From Octopus vulgaris (lineage: Eukaryota), in assembly GCA_951406725.2 (NCBI GenBank), contig OX597816.1:176390001-176454000 (forward strand): a stretch of DNA of 64,000 bases, read 5' to 3'. The position numbers and the translations under genes were made by a program. Position 1 is the first letter of the stretch. Each line of letters starts with the position of its first letter. The notes beneath the pieces are model-generated. The model did no database searches and was not told the DNA's origin. It saw only the letters and a program-made list of their open reading frames with translations. Below, piece by piece: positions 25,796 to 38,719 of this stretch.

Positions 25796-26670
25796 AACAA
25801 GAGTTGCAGGTAGATAGAGACGGGGATAAAGGTGAATGCAGTGAAAGGTGAAGATGGGTGGAGGTGTGGTCAATGGTGATTATCAATTGGTGGGAAAAGA
25901 AGGAGTAAGAAATAGGAGGAGGACAAGAAGGTAATAGATGGCAGCACAAATAATGTGAAGGGTGTGGAGGTTGGGATGCAAGAGAATTACACGGTCCCTG
26001 GGATGAGGTCAGACATACATAAGGGGAGACAAACATAGGTAGTGAGGGCTGGTGTTGTCAGAATGAACAGATGTACAAGGGGGAAAGGGAAGCTGAAATG
26101 TGTATTTAGTGGAAACTAAGGTGTTAATGGGTGATACTGAAAATGCAGGAGATAAAGAAGTGGTTTCAGGGAGGGTTTCAAAAAGATGGGAAGAAATATA
26201 CAGTTTCACTCTCACATAATTATAGTAATTGCATGAATAGTGCCAAAAAGCATGTCCAATTTTTTATATTATTTATTCTCTCTGTACTTTGAGCAATTCC
26301 TTGTCAGAATGTTGAAATATTTTCATAGCTAAAAAGTGTATATGAACGGGAAAGAGAGATATAGAAAGAGGGTGAGTGATAGACATATATTGTATCCTAT
26401 TTTTTTTAAATGTTTTTTAGAAGATTGTAATTTTTTAAAATTGTGATGGACCTTCTATAGTAATTCCATTTATAATCCGTATCATGTACAAACCTTTGAG
26501 TCACTTCCAACAGTCCAGTACTTTGTCAATTAACAAACTTACCCATCATATAAAATTGATGAAAATGTGTTTATGAACATTTTCAAAGCTACAAATTTCC
26601 ACTTATCTACTGACCTTTTTGCTTTAAAATAGTGATTTGATGGATGGATTTACTTTGTTTACTTTGATAG

Positions 26671-26759
26671 GATTGTTCACTATGAACAAAGGGTAAAAGC
26701 TTTATATTTCAAGAAGAAGTTCCAAGAGAGAATCTCTGATTGCAAACCTAAAATTGAAG
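26671..26759 (+). CDS. DAAM: DAAM exon (FH2)
   Basis: tag|G ... GAAG|gtaggt. Encodes [29 protein letters not shown]. Confidence 0.93.
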
Positions 26760-26983
26760 GTAGGTACATCAACAATTTGGATGGCTTATTTGAAAATAAC
26801 TGTATTTTGTTTTTTCTTTTACGGTTTTTTATTTTTCTTAAATACATAAGCTGAGTAGTTTGAAATGAGCAGGTAAAACTTTTGAATTGGAAAATTAAAT
26901 AACCTATCAGTTTTGGCCTTTTGTGATTCCTCCTCAAGACTATAATTGTAAATTTTGCTTTTCTGAAATTCTTAATTGGTTTT

Positions 26984-27249
26984 CAGAAATATTAAATTTC
27001 TAAATATCTCATAGAGATATGTACGGTGGTGGAGCGATCGAATGGTTGTATACTGTCAATTTAACGTGACAGTCCTGTAAAGGAATTACACCACCGCTGT
27101 TTAGCCCTAGGAAGCATCGACGCCTCCTGATGGCTTTGACGCAAAAAAAAAATGTGTCAAAGCCATCAGGAGGCGTCGATGCTTCCTAGGGTTAAACAGC
27201 GGTGGTGTAGTCCCCTACTGTCACGTTAAATTAACAGTATACAACCATT
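26984..27249. repeat. fold-back element (~100-bp arms, A-rich loop)
   Basis: 27041-27143 is nearly the reverse complement of 27153-27249. 12-bp direct repeat TTAATTGGTTTT at 26972-83 and 27250-61. Confidence 0.85.
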
Positions 27250-27309
27250 TTAATTGGTTTTATTTTTCCTTATCCTTAGATTTATTGCAGATTTTGTGAG
27301 AGACAAAAT

Positions 27310-28061
27310 TTCCGACCAAAGATTGTATCAGCCCTTTGATGCAAGATTTTTGTAACATCTTAATTGTGTTAAATAGGAATTTACTGAAAGGGAAATAAAA
27401 GGTTTGCTCCATACTGAGATTGGTCTCATTTTTTGTGAGATCTTGTGTTAAAACAGCAACCTTTGAACTGCATTTTCATCTTGGAAAAGAGATGGAAGTC
27501 TGCAGGTGTTAAATCTGGCGAATAGGGCAGGTGCAGAAGCAATACCACGTTTTTTTGGTGAGAGACTCAAGAGTGAGGAGAGCTTGGTGACAGAGTAAGG
27601 ATTGCCTGCATAGACCCATATGACAGACCAACAGCCTCAGCAATGTCGTTGACTGCCCTCCGACAATCCTCATGTGCAAGCTGAGGAATTTTTTGGGGGA
27701 GGGTGGCGCTTATGGCAGGTCTTCTAGATTGCTCATTGTCTTCCAGAAACGTTCTTCCACTTTTGAAGCACCCGTTCCACTTTAAACATTGCTTACAACC
27801 CATTGTTTCATTGTCATAAGCTAGCCGAAGCATGTTCAATGACTCTGCAGCAGACTTCCCAAGTTTAATGCAAAATTTCATGTTAGCTCTTTGTTCCAAC
27901 TTCCTGTCCATGATGATCACAGACTACAGCAAACAGCGATGTCACTTGGCACTCTGCCCGCATAAAGGTTACTGCTAGCTCTCGCTGCACATGCAACCAT
28001 GTGTTGCCAAATTTTGGCACACTACAGAACTAGTCTGAGCACTTTTTGATACCTCCCCATA
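27310..28061 (-). mobile_element. mariner transposon relic
   Basis: ORF 27567-27920 encodes MDRKLEQRANMKFCIKLGKSAAESLNMLRLAY...FKSGR..LEDNEQSRRP. TIR-like end at ~28040-28061. Confidence 0.78.
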
Positions 28062-29030
28062 TACCATAGGACTGTTTAAACAAATCTAACTTGGGTTACC
28101 CAAAAATGTTGTATTTCAAAAACAACCAAGTTTATTGATGATTTAGAATTTTCTAATAAATGTTCTTTTACTGGTTTCTTTTATTGGAATATTACCATGC
28201 TAGTCTCTACTTTCAAGGGTTTAGCCTAATCATATGAACCCCAGTACTTATTTTTAAGTTTGGTACCTATTTTAGGAATCTTTATTTGTTGAACCATTCA
28301 TTAATTTATGGAACATAGTATAAAAACATACACCAACTCATGTGTGTGTGCAAATACTTCCATGCAGTTTCTGTCAACCAGATCTTGCTCACAAAGCATT
28401 GATTAACATAAGACTAGTAGAAAACACTTGCCCAAGGTAGCACACAGTAGCACCAAACCAAAACCACTCACTAACCACACTAATGATAATTTAGAAAATG
28501 TATCTGTGAAGATACATCAGTGAAGAGCATTTAGTTAATTCTTAAATAAACTTTAAAAAATGAAAAGTGCTTTCAGCTTTTATGCTTTAATCTAATCTTT
28601 AAATGTTCTTGCCAATGCTGGGAAAAAAAGAAAAAGAAAACGAAATTTTATAAAAGGTGGCAGAGGAGAATTCTCTTGTTTTTATTTCAGTGACCATGTT
28701 GGTATTTTGCCTCTAGTGGAAATAACCTATTATTGTATTAAGTAGTTGCATATTTGTAATATGTATCAGTGTATAAATACATGTACACACACACCATCAT
28801 CTTATGTCCAGCTTCCATGTTGGCGTGGCTGGATGATTTCTCAATATTTGATGAATCAGAGGACTGCATCATCAGATCTTGTTGAACTGTCCAACCCATA
28901 TTAGCATGGAAGCTGGACGTTAAATGATGATGAGGAAGATTATCTGTGCAAGCATGTATTTGTAGGATGGCAGATCAAGAAAGAGCTCTCTGTAAAATAC
29001 AGCAGCTGGCATTCTGGATTTATTCATGCA

Positions 29031-29452
29031 CTAGCAGCATAGCCCGGCATTGCCCGGGTATGTAAGAGCCCTTAGTAGGCAACGACTAATCCCAATCTAG
29101 TTCTTTCCCTCTAGGGAACAAAGGCGCATATGTAGGTTGCAGTGTCTTCTCTTCACTCGAATACTTCTATGTATACAATGATCCTAGCTGTCTCCCGATT
29201 GCAAGTTGCGAAAACTACAACAGAAAATGTGTTGCATATGAAAAGCTTAGATTCTCGACCCCATGTCGAATTTATCGATTTTTTTCAGAACTGGGGGAAC
29301 TTTTCAAAATTTTCACTGTGTTAGTTTTGAATTATGACATTGGGCTATGTGTGTGTCAAGTTTCATCAGAATCGGTTGAAAGCCGTGGTCAGGGTGAGGG
29401 TACAACCTGACAGACACACAGACAGACAAACTGCCGTATATATATAGAGAGA
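29031..29452 (-). mobile_element. non-autonomous Helitron
   Basis: Minus strand: A|TCTCTCTATATATA start, subterminal hairpin CCCGG GCAATG CCGGG, CTAG|T end, no TSD. Confidence 0.8.
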
Positions 29453-30404
29453 TGAAACTTGGTCTGCTCATCTGAGCTGTCTGAGCAGCAGATTGATTTC
29501 AATTCTTAGGATGTTGGCTTACTGACAGACGTCGTTATTGGTGAGTGCTCCTTCTCTGAGATATCCATGATGCAGTGAAGGCATCTTTGGTGAAAGCATT
29601 CCAGCAGCTTAATCTGCTTCCTGTCCAACACCCTAGTTTCTGATCCATTGAGGAGAATAGTGATGACAACCGCCTCATAGACTTTGATTTTGGTGGATAG
29701 GGGCAGTGCCTAGATCTGCCACTCATGCTTCTGCATATATACACTTCTGTATACACACAGTTACTTAATAGATTGTAATCACTGGAGGCAAAATACCAAC
29801 ATGGCCACCAAACTACAATGAGGGGCATTCTGTTCTACCTATAAAACTTGTATGAGTGAACTCAGACACTTCCAACAAATAATCTCTATTAACCTTTTTG
29901 TTAACACTTCTTTTGTAAAATGCTACCCTTGCTTCAGTTAATTCTTAAAATAATGAAGAATTTAGTAAAATAGTTTTGTCATTATTAAGTTGATGTTTGG
30001 AAGATAAATTGACATGAAATTTTGATGACAGATTTTAATTTAGATCTCTTTGAAAACAAGGTTTGTATCACACAACTAAATGCAACTTTTGGCAGTTTGA
30101 TATCAAATGGGTTTAAGTGCCAGAGCATTTATTTAAGAATTTTAAAAATCGCTGACCAATTATCTACAAAGCAATCCATAATTAAATGAAAGAGTTGTAA
30201 CAGTTTCACTGGAAACAAATAATGTATACAAACACTTCTATTATAATTAGAAAGTATTTTATGTCATCCAATGTATACAATTAGAAAGTATTTTATGTCA
30301 TCCAAGCATCAACAAACTTCAACAGAAAACTTGTATTTTCTCCAGATGTTTTCTAAAAACAAAGAAAATACGTGTCTTAATTTTTTTTCTCTCTTTCTCG
30401 CTAG

Positions 30405-30619
30405 GCGTTATGGAAGCATCAAAAGAAGTTTTCAGAAGCAAGAAATTAAAGAAACTACTTGAAATTGTCCTAGCTTTTGGTAATTACATGAACCGAGGTC
30501 AACGAGGGAATGCCAGTGGTTTCAAACTAATCAGCTTAAACAAGATTATTGACACCAAATCCAGCATTAACAAAAACGTTACCTTATTACACTATCTTCT
30601 TGAGACTTTTGAGAAAAAA
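30405..30619 (+). CDS. DAAM: DAAM exon (FH2 post, GNYMN motif)
   Basis: tag|GC ... AAA|gtaagt. Encodes VMEASKEVFRSKKLKKLLEIVLAFGNYMNRGQRGNASGFKLISLNKIIDTKSS...TLLHYL. Confidence 0.96.
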
Positions 30620-31472
30620 GTAAGTATATATATGTATATATATCTTGACAGAATTTGTCTGGTTGCTTTATCAGAGGCAGACAGGAATCATCCCAGCCGA
30701 ATAGGCCTCCTTAAATTGAACAGAGATTTCCCACTCCTGATGGATGACTCCTTTATATCACTCAGGCAACAACCCTCTGGCCCACCCTGTCCTCCAGAGT
30801 TTTCTCCATTCAATAGATGAGGGGTCCTGATAGCTTTGCCCCAGTCACTTCATACAGTTGAGGTACTTCTCCAGGGAAAAGAATTTTAGGGGTTTGTACA
30901 AGAGGTTGTGGCTGGTATGTTTTACAAGGCTGGAGTGCAAATCCTATCTCAACTTTAGTCACCTTTTACAAGACACAGAAGAGACATTGGGTCTATTCTT
31001 TGGCATTCTGGTCCTTACACAGCACAATGATTCAGAAATTGAGATGCATCCTGTTACTTGTATGATTTGGGAATGCCAGCTCAGACTGGTTGGCCATGTT
31101 GCTCAATTTTCCTGGTTAGATCTTGATTACCATGTTCTCTTCACTGAGGACCCAGCTAAGTTGACAGCTTGTGTTGGTCAACCGCATGCTACATGGTCAC
31201 AGTAGTTGAGGAGACATCTCATGGAGATGGGAATTGAGTGGCACTCTGCTCAGTGGGTTGCCCAGGAGGAACTGGGAATCTACCAACAAATGGTAAATGC
31301 AGCAACACACTGCAACAGCCTCCTCACCTCACCTGACCTTGTTGCTTCATAGCTGCTACATCACTCTCTCTTTAGTTATATATTGAATCCTCTTCTGTAC
31401 TGCTCTACACTTTTACCCTTCCTTTTCTTCATCTTTATATGGTTTTATTCTCTCTTTTAACTTCTACATAAT

Positions 31473-32923
31473 TATTGGGTTGTCCGGAAAATTCGTGCCG
31501 AGTTATAGTAGCTTACCTTTCGACTTATTTTAGAACATGGTTGAGTCTATAAAATAGGATTTGACTACACCTCCATTTAGAGCACAGTTTAAGCTATCTT
31601 TTCGTGGAAGAAGGTTTATGTTCCTATGGTTGGTTGGCATCCTTTCTGTCTTGGGAGACAATGGAGTTGCGCATAAAGTAGTCTAGTCCGGCTTTTATAT
31701 TTCATGTCCTGATACATTTCCTGCTGTGGCTGTGTAGTCCTATCCTAGACAAACACTCCCTCTGGCAGGTACCGCAAATGTAGCGAAGACTGTTCCTGGC
31801 TGGTTGTAATGCCATAGTCTCTTGTTCCTATAACCTGTGTTAATTCTGTAACCCTTTAAAATGAAAGATAAGAAAGTTCATTTTTGGCACTTGATGCTTT
31901 TCTTTTTCTGTAAATGCCTCACAAGCAATCAAAGAAATATGCGCAGTTTACAGTGACGTTTCTTTACCCAAAAGTGATTCGCTAGGTTCTGAGCTGGAGA
32001 TTGTAGCCTTATTGATAAAGAGCGATCAGACTAGCCATCCACTACAGATGATGACCAATCAAGTCATTTATTGAGAATAACCCACATTGCAAAACCCGAG
32101 AATTGGCAGAAAGCCTCAACCTATCAAAATCCGTCGTTCATGAGCACCTCGTAAAGCTTGGGTACACAAATGGCTACGATGTTTGGGTACCACATGAGTT
32201 GAGTGAGAAGAACCTTTTGGATCGCATTTCCATCTGTGATTCGCTTTATAAACGGAATGAAAATGCGCCTTTTTTAAAGCAAATTGTGACAGGTGATGAG
32301 AAATGGATTATCTACCGAAATGTTCAGAGAAAGCGATCCTGGAGTAAGCGACATGAGCCACCTCAAAAGTGGGTTTCAACCTTAAAAATCTTGCTTTGTG
32401 TCTGGTGGGATTGGAAAGGAATTCTGTACTTCTCCCAAGTAACCAGACAATTAATTCTGAGAAATACTGCACACAACTGGACAAGTTAAAAGCAGCAATT
32501 CAAGAGAAATGTCCAGAATTGGCCAACAGGAAGAGTGTTGTTTCCCAACATGATATTGCAAAACCGCACGTTTCTTTGGGAACCAGACAAAAATTGCTGC
32601 AGCTCGGCTGGGATGTGTTTCCCCACCCTCCATATTCACCAGATATTGCTCCTTCGGATTTCCACTTATTCAGGTCTCTGCAGAATAGTCTTAATGGTAA
32701 AAATTTCAATTCCTTGGATGATGTAAAAAGATACCTTGTTGAATTCTTTGCCATGAAACCACCTCAATTCTGGGAAGAGGGTATTTTCAAGTTAAAGGAA
32801 AGATGGAGACGGATTGTGCAACAAAATGGTTTATATTTGGTTGATTAAAAATGTAATGGCAAGTATTTATTGACCTTTTTCTTTCCTTTAAAAATCAGCA
32901 CAAACTTTCTGGACAATCCGATA
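31473..32923 (+). mobile_element. near full-length mariner transposon, frameshifted
   Basis: TA-flanked TIRs TTGGGTTGTCCGGAAAATTCGTGCCGA / TCAGCACAAACTTTCTGGACAATCCGA. Motifs WVPHEL, TGDEKW, HDIAKPH, HPPYSPDIAPSDFHLF. Confidence 0.92.
31628..31822 (-). mobile_element. short RTE/BovB-like 3' end nested in the mariner
   Basis: TSD TGTTCCTAT (31619-27, 31823-31). Minus strand encodes the zinc-finger-like end YICGTCQRECLSRIGLHSHSRKC and an (AACC)n tail. Confidence 0.8.
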
Positions 32924-33631
32924 CATTCATCTTTTGTACTTATCCTACATTTCACCTTTCTTGTAGTTGCCCTCATTTTTCATCTCACTTTTCCGAAGTT
33001 GTTCTCATTCCTCATCTCACCACTTGATAGTTCTTTCAGCCCTCACTTTACACATCCACAGTTAAACTCAGCTTTCTACTGTCAGGTCCATGTTCCTTTT
33101 TATTTGACTTTCTGCTTTTCCTTAACCTTCATTATGGCAGTACTCTCACCTGTCCACTTCAGTAATATTATCACTTAATAACCAAAGTGATATATGTAAA
33201 ATGATTCTATTACAACTTTTGAGGACCTCCAAGCAATTCTTAAGTTTCCAGTGCATTCTAGAGGGACAAAATAATCCTTTTCTTTTTATTCTGATATTAC
33301 TTATTCTGCTGCTAATGAGAAAAAAAGAGATAGAATTTCTGAATAATGTGTTACAAAGTGGTCATCTTTCAAATGAAGACAACATGTTACTTGCCATAAT
33401 ATTGCAGCTATTCAAAATCATGAAGTCTCTGAGTTGCTGTTGTACTCACAAAGTATTCCTGTAGCAAATCTATGTAGCTTTTCAATATCACACATATTTC
33501 AACAATTAACTGAATGAAAATAATACAGTATTTAGTTCAGACTTTGCTTACATCCTTTTAGTCCTAATTTTTTTCAAAATTGGGCTATGTGTAATTAAAA
33601 TAAATCAATATTTTAATATTATTCTTAACAG

Positions 33632-33693
33632 TTTCCAGAAATTACCAATCTTGAAGAAGATTTAAGCCATGTTAAGATTGCTTCCAAAGTCAA
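33632..33693 (+). CDS. DAAM: DAAM exon (FH2)
   Basis: cag|TTT ... GTCAA|gtaagt. Encodes FPEITNLEEDLSHVKIASKV. Confidence 0.9.
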
Positions 33694-34507
33694 GTAAGTC
33701 ATCATTGATTATTTGCAGTAATTCATTAATTAAAGCATCTTAAGTATTATCACTACTTTATGCTTCTTGTTTTAAGGCAACCATTGCTAACATCCTGCTT
33801 TAGAAATTAATTGAATTACATGCAGAAAGAAAAACATTAATTTTTAATCTTTACAAAAAACATCAGTCAATGACAATTTCAACTCCTGAAACATTTCATT
33901 GGTAATTTAAAGAAAGTTTACTTTAAGTAAATTGTCTACTTTTATGGAATTATATTCTTTTCTTACAAATATAGCTTAATAGTGAAAAATTTGAAAGAAA
34001 TTCTTTCAACAGAATTCTGTAGATGGGTAACTCAATAATGCAAAAAGCACCTTTAACAGGCAAAATATGGAGAGAAATAGTAAGATTAACCTTAAGACAA
34101 GAAAAGACAATAATGCAATTTCTTCATTTGAGTTACAATAAATCAACAGTTGAGTTCTGTGCAGGAGAATGTTGTTAGATGTCATAAAGCAGTAAGTGTA
34201 CTAAGCAGAGATTGACTATGAAAGACATTGGATGAAATCCTAAAATCAAACTTTAGATGGTTAGATGTGAAATTAATGATATAATATGGATACTGAAAAA
34301 TAAACAAGCACAAATCTTTCCATCTTACACCAACTTGAAAATAAACATCATACTGCAATAAATTAAGACATATATTTTGAGCTAGTCCCTTTTGTTTTAT
34401 ATTTTCTTGACTTATAATCAATTTTACTTTTCATGATATTTTTGTGTTGTAGGTAAACACTTTTTAACTTAATTTTAATGATCTTAAATGCCTTGTGTAA
34501 TTTTCAG

Positions 34508-34568
34508 TTTTATTGAACTTGAGAAAGATTTGGCATTCATCAGAAAAGGCCTTAGTGACATTGAAAAG
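34508..34568 (+). CDS. DAAM: DAAM exon (FH2)
   Basis: cag|T ... AAG|gtaagc. Encodes (N)FIELEKDLAFIRKGLSDIEK. Confidence 0.9.
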
Positions 34569-35434
34569 GTAAGCAGTTTGTGTAACTAATATAAACAATA
34601 AAAAGTGAACATGAGACTTTTCGACTGCTGAATTTCCTAATTTATGTGGCTTTTTTTTAATACCAGAAAGCAGTCTATGTAATTGAAAGCACATCTTTAC
34701 TGTTCACATTTCCTACAATCAACTGTAGCTAACATCAAATAAAAAAAAAAAGGGAAATAAAAAAAAAGAAAAACACACCCCATGGCAGTTCAGTCCCTTA
34801 TGGTTTTAGTAATGTATTGTGAAACCAGCTAATAAATGACAGTTTCCCTACAAGTTATGCATCCAAAATTCAGTGTTTTGTCACTTTTGTCCTTAATTCT
34901 TGTAAGATTCCAGTGTGGAATGTTACCTCTCAGGCTTGTCATGAGGAGGCTTGTGTTTTCTACTCTGAACTATTTTAACTATGGGGCACATACAATAATA
35001 ATTATTAAACCAATATATGCACCTAAAATGGCACTTGATCAAAATGACAGTATGTGTTATAATGCATATAAAATTGTAGACTAGCAGTAGCTGCAAGATC
35101 CCGTCTCTTAAAGAGAGCTGAGTAAAAAAAACTAGAGAGTTCACTCAGAACAGGGGCAGCAGATCATCAGACTCAGCACTTCATCCTCATTTGACATTCT
35201 GAGCTGAGTTGAAATATATTTGCTCAGATATAGAAATCTGTAGACAAATCCTGACTTGTGCAATAACCAGCTAAACAAGAAATAAACCAATATTTGCACT
35301 TGCAGCAACACTAGATCAAAATAACAATGCATATATACAAATGTGGAATGACAACTGTTCTGTCCCAACTCACTGAAACCTATGTATTTTCTTCACAGAT
35401 CTAATCTGAATACTTATTTGATTTAATTTTGCAG

Positions 35435-35566
35435 GAATTAGACTTCTTGAGGTCACATAACACAGACAGCAGGGATAAATTCATTTCAGTAATGACAGAT
35501 TTTATAACAGTAGCTGCCTACAATTTTTCTGAACTAGAAGAGTCCTATGCAGAAATGAAGCAAAAA
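35435..35566 (+). CDS. DAAM: DAAM exon (FH2)
   Basis: cag|GAA ... AAA|gtaagt. Encodes ELDFLRSHNTDSRDKFISVMTDFITVAAYNFSELEESYAEMKQK. Confidence 0.93.
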
Positions 35567-36132
35567 GTAAGTATCTCAGACCAAATCTCTTTTAATAAGA
35601 TTGTAATATTAATGAATTTTGCAGTTTGAATAAATTTGTTTGCTGCAAGATGCAAGTTCTGAAGCAATTCTTTAGAGAAATTTGTTATTCTGGATAACAC
35701 CAAGCAAATATATTTATTCAAACTTGTAAAGTTTATTGAATGATATTTGATGCAGACCACTAGTTTCCTTGGACTTTTTACTGGCTATATAATATTGATA
35801 TCTTACTCTCTGTGAAGAAGAGAAATTAGGATGGCTGATATTCATGATATTTTGTGTTTAGGAAGTGTACTGGCCTTGACTGAAAATGTTATCAACAAAT
35901 CTGGGCACCAACTTCATGCTCGACACAACTAATAAAATTCTAACATTAATATCAATTAATAAAGTAAGATAGTTCTGTATTTCAGTGTTCTGAGCTTAAA
36001 TCTCTAAGTGTAAGTATAGTTTTCAAAAATTCAAACTCATGTATAGTGCCAATAATAGTTATGTCTAGTCCAAAGTAATAAATGTTTAAATAAATATGAA
36101 ATGATTAAATGTGCTTAACTCTCTTTGAACAG

Positions 36133-36297
36133 TATGAGAGAGCTTTGAAATCTTTCTGCGAAGACCCCAATCAACAACCTGATGAATTTTTCTCAGTACT
36201 TGATACATTCTTGGTATCATTTGCTGAAGCAAAGCATGATAATGATAAACAAAAGCTGAAGAAGATTGAGGAAGAAAAACGGGCCAAACTGGAGCAG
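36133..36297 (+). CDS. DAAM: DAAM exon (end of FH2)
   Basis: cag|TAT ... CAG|gtcagt. Encodes YERALKSFCEDPNQQPDEFFSVLDTFLVSFAEAKHDNDKQKLKKIEEEKRAKLEQ. Confidence 0.94.
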
Positions 36298-36454
36298 GTC
36301 AGTATTCTTCAGTTCTGTTGAATTCAACAAAAATTTAATTTAATCCAGAAAAGAAAATAGTGTTAGCAAGACCTGAACTATGGTCTCCCTCTTGCCACAT
36401 GTGCTTTCTATTGTCCACACAGAGTACTTTTTTTATCCAGCAGGTGTCAGTTAT

Positions 36455-36635
36455 TTAACCCTTTAGCATTTAAACCGGCCGTATCCGGCCAAAAGTATTC
36501 TGCCTGTTTTATGTTCAAACTGGCCAGATACCTCATCAAAATCTCATAGCTCCAAGATAATGCCTGATTAGTTCGAGGTAATGTGGATAAAAAAGGATTA
36601 ATTTGGGCAGAATAATGCGAACACTAAAGGGTTAA
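36455..36635. mobile_element. piggyBac-type MITE, family B (internally deleted)
   Basis: TTAA-CCCTTTAG ... CTAAAGGG-TTAA; homologous to 5505-5731. Confidence 0.8.
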
Positions 36636-36915
36636 ATTACATATGCTTCTTTGAGAACACAGGAACATATGTGTGCCATGAAACAATAACATTAATACAT
36701 TCATATAAATTTACAAAATATTATCATCTTACAGTAATTTAACGTTGGTGGTTCCCTTAAGCCTAATATGTTATAGATCTCACTAAATAAGTCATTTCAT
36801 TCTCATGTGTATTCATTATTTTTATGAAGTATATTCTTTGACTTTAGTTGATTACAATATTGGAATATCATCAATGTTTTTTTTGTTTGTTTCTTTTTTT
36901 ATATATTTATTTTAG

Positions 36916-37024
36916 TCAAAGAAAGAAAAAGACAAACAAAGACTGTTGAGGAAACAAGAGTCTCTTTCAAGCAATTGCTCTACGGATAAATTAACGAATG
37001 GAGTAACAGAGAACAATGAAAAAG
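36916..37024 (+). CDS. DAAM: DAAM exon (linker before DAD)
   Basis: tag|TCA ... AAAG|gtttgc. Encodes SKKEKDKQRLLRKQESLSSNCSTDKLTNGVTENNEK+G; the phase-1 end fits a following GEFDDL-type DAD exon. Confidence 0.8.
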
Positions 37025-37296
37025 GTTTGCCTCCTCTACATCTTCTCATTAATTATCTCTACCAGCTTGCATAGCATACAGATCAGACTACATGCACATG
37101 TGGCATATGATGAATTAGAAAATATTTATTTATGAGGAAGCCAAATGTTAAAAGGAAACTATTCTCTACAGCTTCTGCAAAATGAAAACTGCCTTTCCTG
37201 TTTCCATTCATTATCAATAGGTAATTCAAATAACATTAGTCAAGTACCAAAGTTAGAAATCACCATTAAATGAGATTGTAAAATTATTTAAAATAT

Positions 37297-37733
37297 ACTT
37301 TGTGGTACCAGTGCCAGTGGCACACAAGAAAACCATCCGAACGTGGCCGTAGCCAGTACCGCATCAACTGGCGTCCTTGCTGTGGGCACGTAACAAACAC
37401 CATCCGATCGTGGCCATTCGCCAGCCTCATCTGGCACCTGTGTCGGGGGCACATAAAAACACCATCCGAGCGTGGCCGTCTGGCACCTGTGTCGGTGGCA
37501 CATAAAAAACACCATCCGATCGTGGCCGTCTGCCAGCCTCATCTGGCACCTGTGTCGGTGGCACATAAAATCACCCACTACACTCTCGGAGTGGTTGGCG
37601 TTAGGAAGGGCATCCAGCTGTAGAAACACTGCCAGATCTGACTGGCCTGGTGCAGCCTTTGGGCTCCCCAGACCCCAGTTGAACTGTCCAACCCATGCTA
37701 GCATGGAAAGCGGACGTTAAATGATGATGATGA
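37297..37733 (+). mobile_element. RTE 3'UTR copy with tandem units
   Basis: Same units and (ATG)n tail as 25300-25795 and 56790-57288. Confidence 0.85.
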
Positions 37734-38178
37734 TACTGTAAAGAAATCTTATAAAGATCTATATCAGTGTGTGTTTCAATATTTCAAGTTTGTTCAAAGA
37801 TTTTCAATGGTTAAGTGAGTAACAATTTAACAGAAATGTTAGCACATAAGTTGTTTTAACAAATTTGACGTTCATCCTAATATACCCACTCAACCATGAA
37901 GAGTGGAGGGGCATTCTAAGCCATATAGGTAAACTCTGATCTAGTAAATCTATAATTAAAAGCATTCGAGCATTGGTCATCTGGTCATTTATTCAATTTA
38001 TCTTTTCTTTTGTAAGTTAGTATTGTATGGTGTAAAGTAGATTTGGCCTTTTTATTAGCATCTAATGAGCCTGTAAAACTTTAACTTAGGAGCATGAGAT
38101 TAATAGCTGTCTGGATATTCCTCAACCATTTTTGTTTGATAATTCATTCAAAATATTTTCTGTAATAATTTACTTACA

Positions 38179-38581
38179 GGCGCAGGAGTGGCTGTGTGGT
38201 AAGTGGCTTGCTTACCAACCACATGGTTCCGGGTTCAGTCCCACTGTGTGGCATCTTGGGCAAGTGTCTTCTGCTATAGCCCCGGGCCGACCAATGCCTT
38301 GTGAGTGGATTTGGTAGACGGAAACTGAAAGAAGCCTGTCGTGTATATATATATATATATATATATGTGTTTGTGTGTCTGTGTTTGTCCCCCCTAGCAT
38401 TGCTTGACAACCGATGCTGGTGTGTTTAGGTCCCCGTCACTTAGCAGTTCGGCAAAAAAGAGACCGATAGAATAAGTACTGGGCTTTCAAAGAATAAGTA
38501 CCGGGGTCGATTTGCTCGACTAAAGGCGGTGCTCCAGCATGGCCGCAGTCAAATGACTGAAACAAGTAAAAGAGTAAAGAG
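38179..38581 (+). mobile_element. tRNA-derived SINE
   Basis: Same family as 773-1195; TTACA on both sides. Confidence 0.9.
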
Positions 38582-38719
38582 TTACAATTTCCGTGGTATA
38601 CTTTACTAACAGAAAATATCTCTAGAGTTTTAACCACAATGCATGTTTAGCATGCATATACAACTTTTTTATGGGCAGAAAAAGAGTAAACTTATATAAA
38701 TAAGAAAATGGATTGTTTT

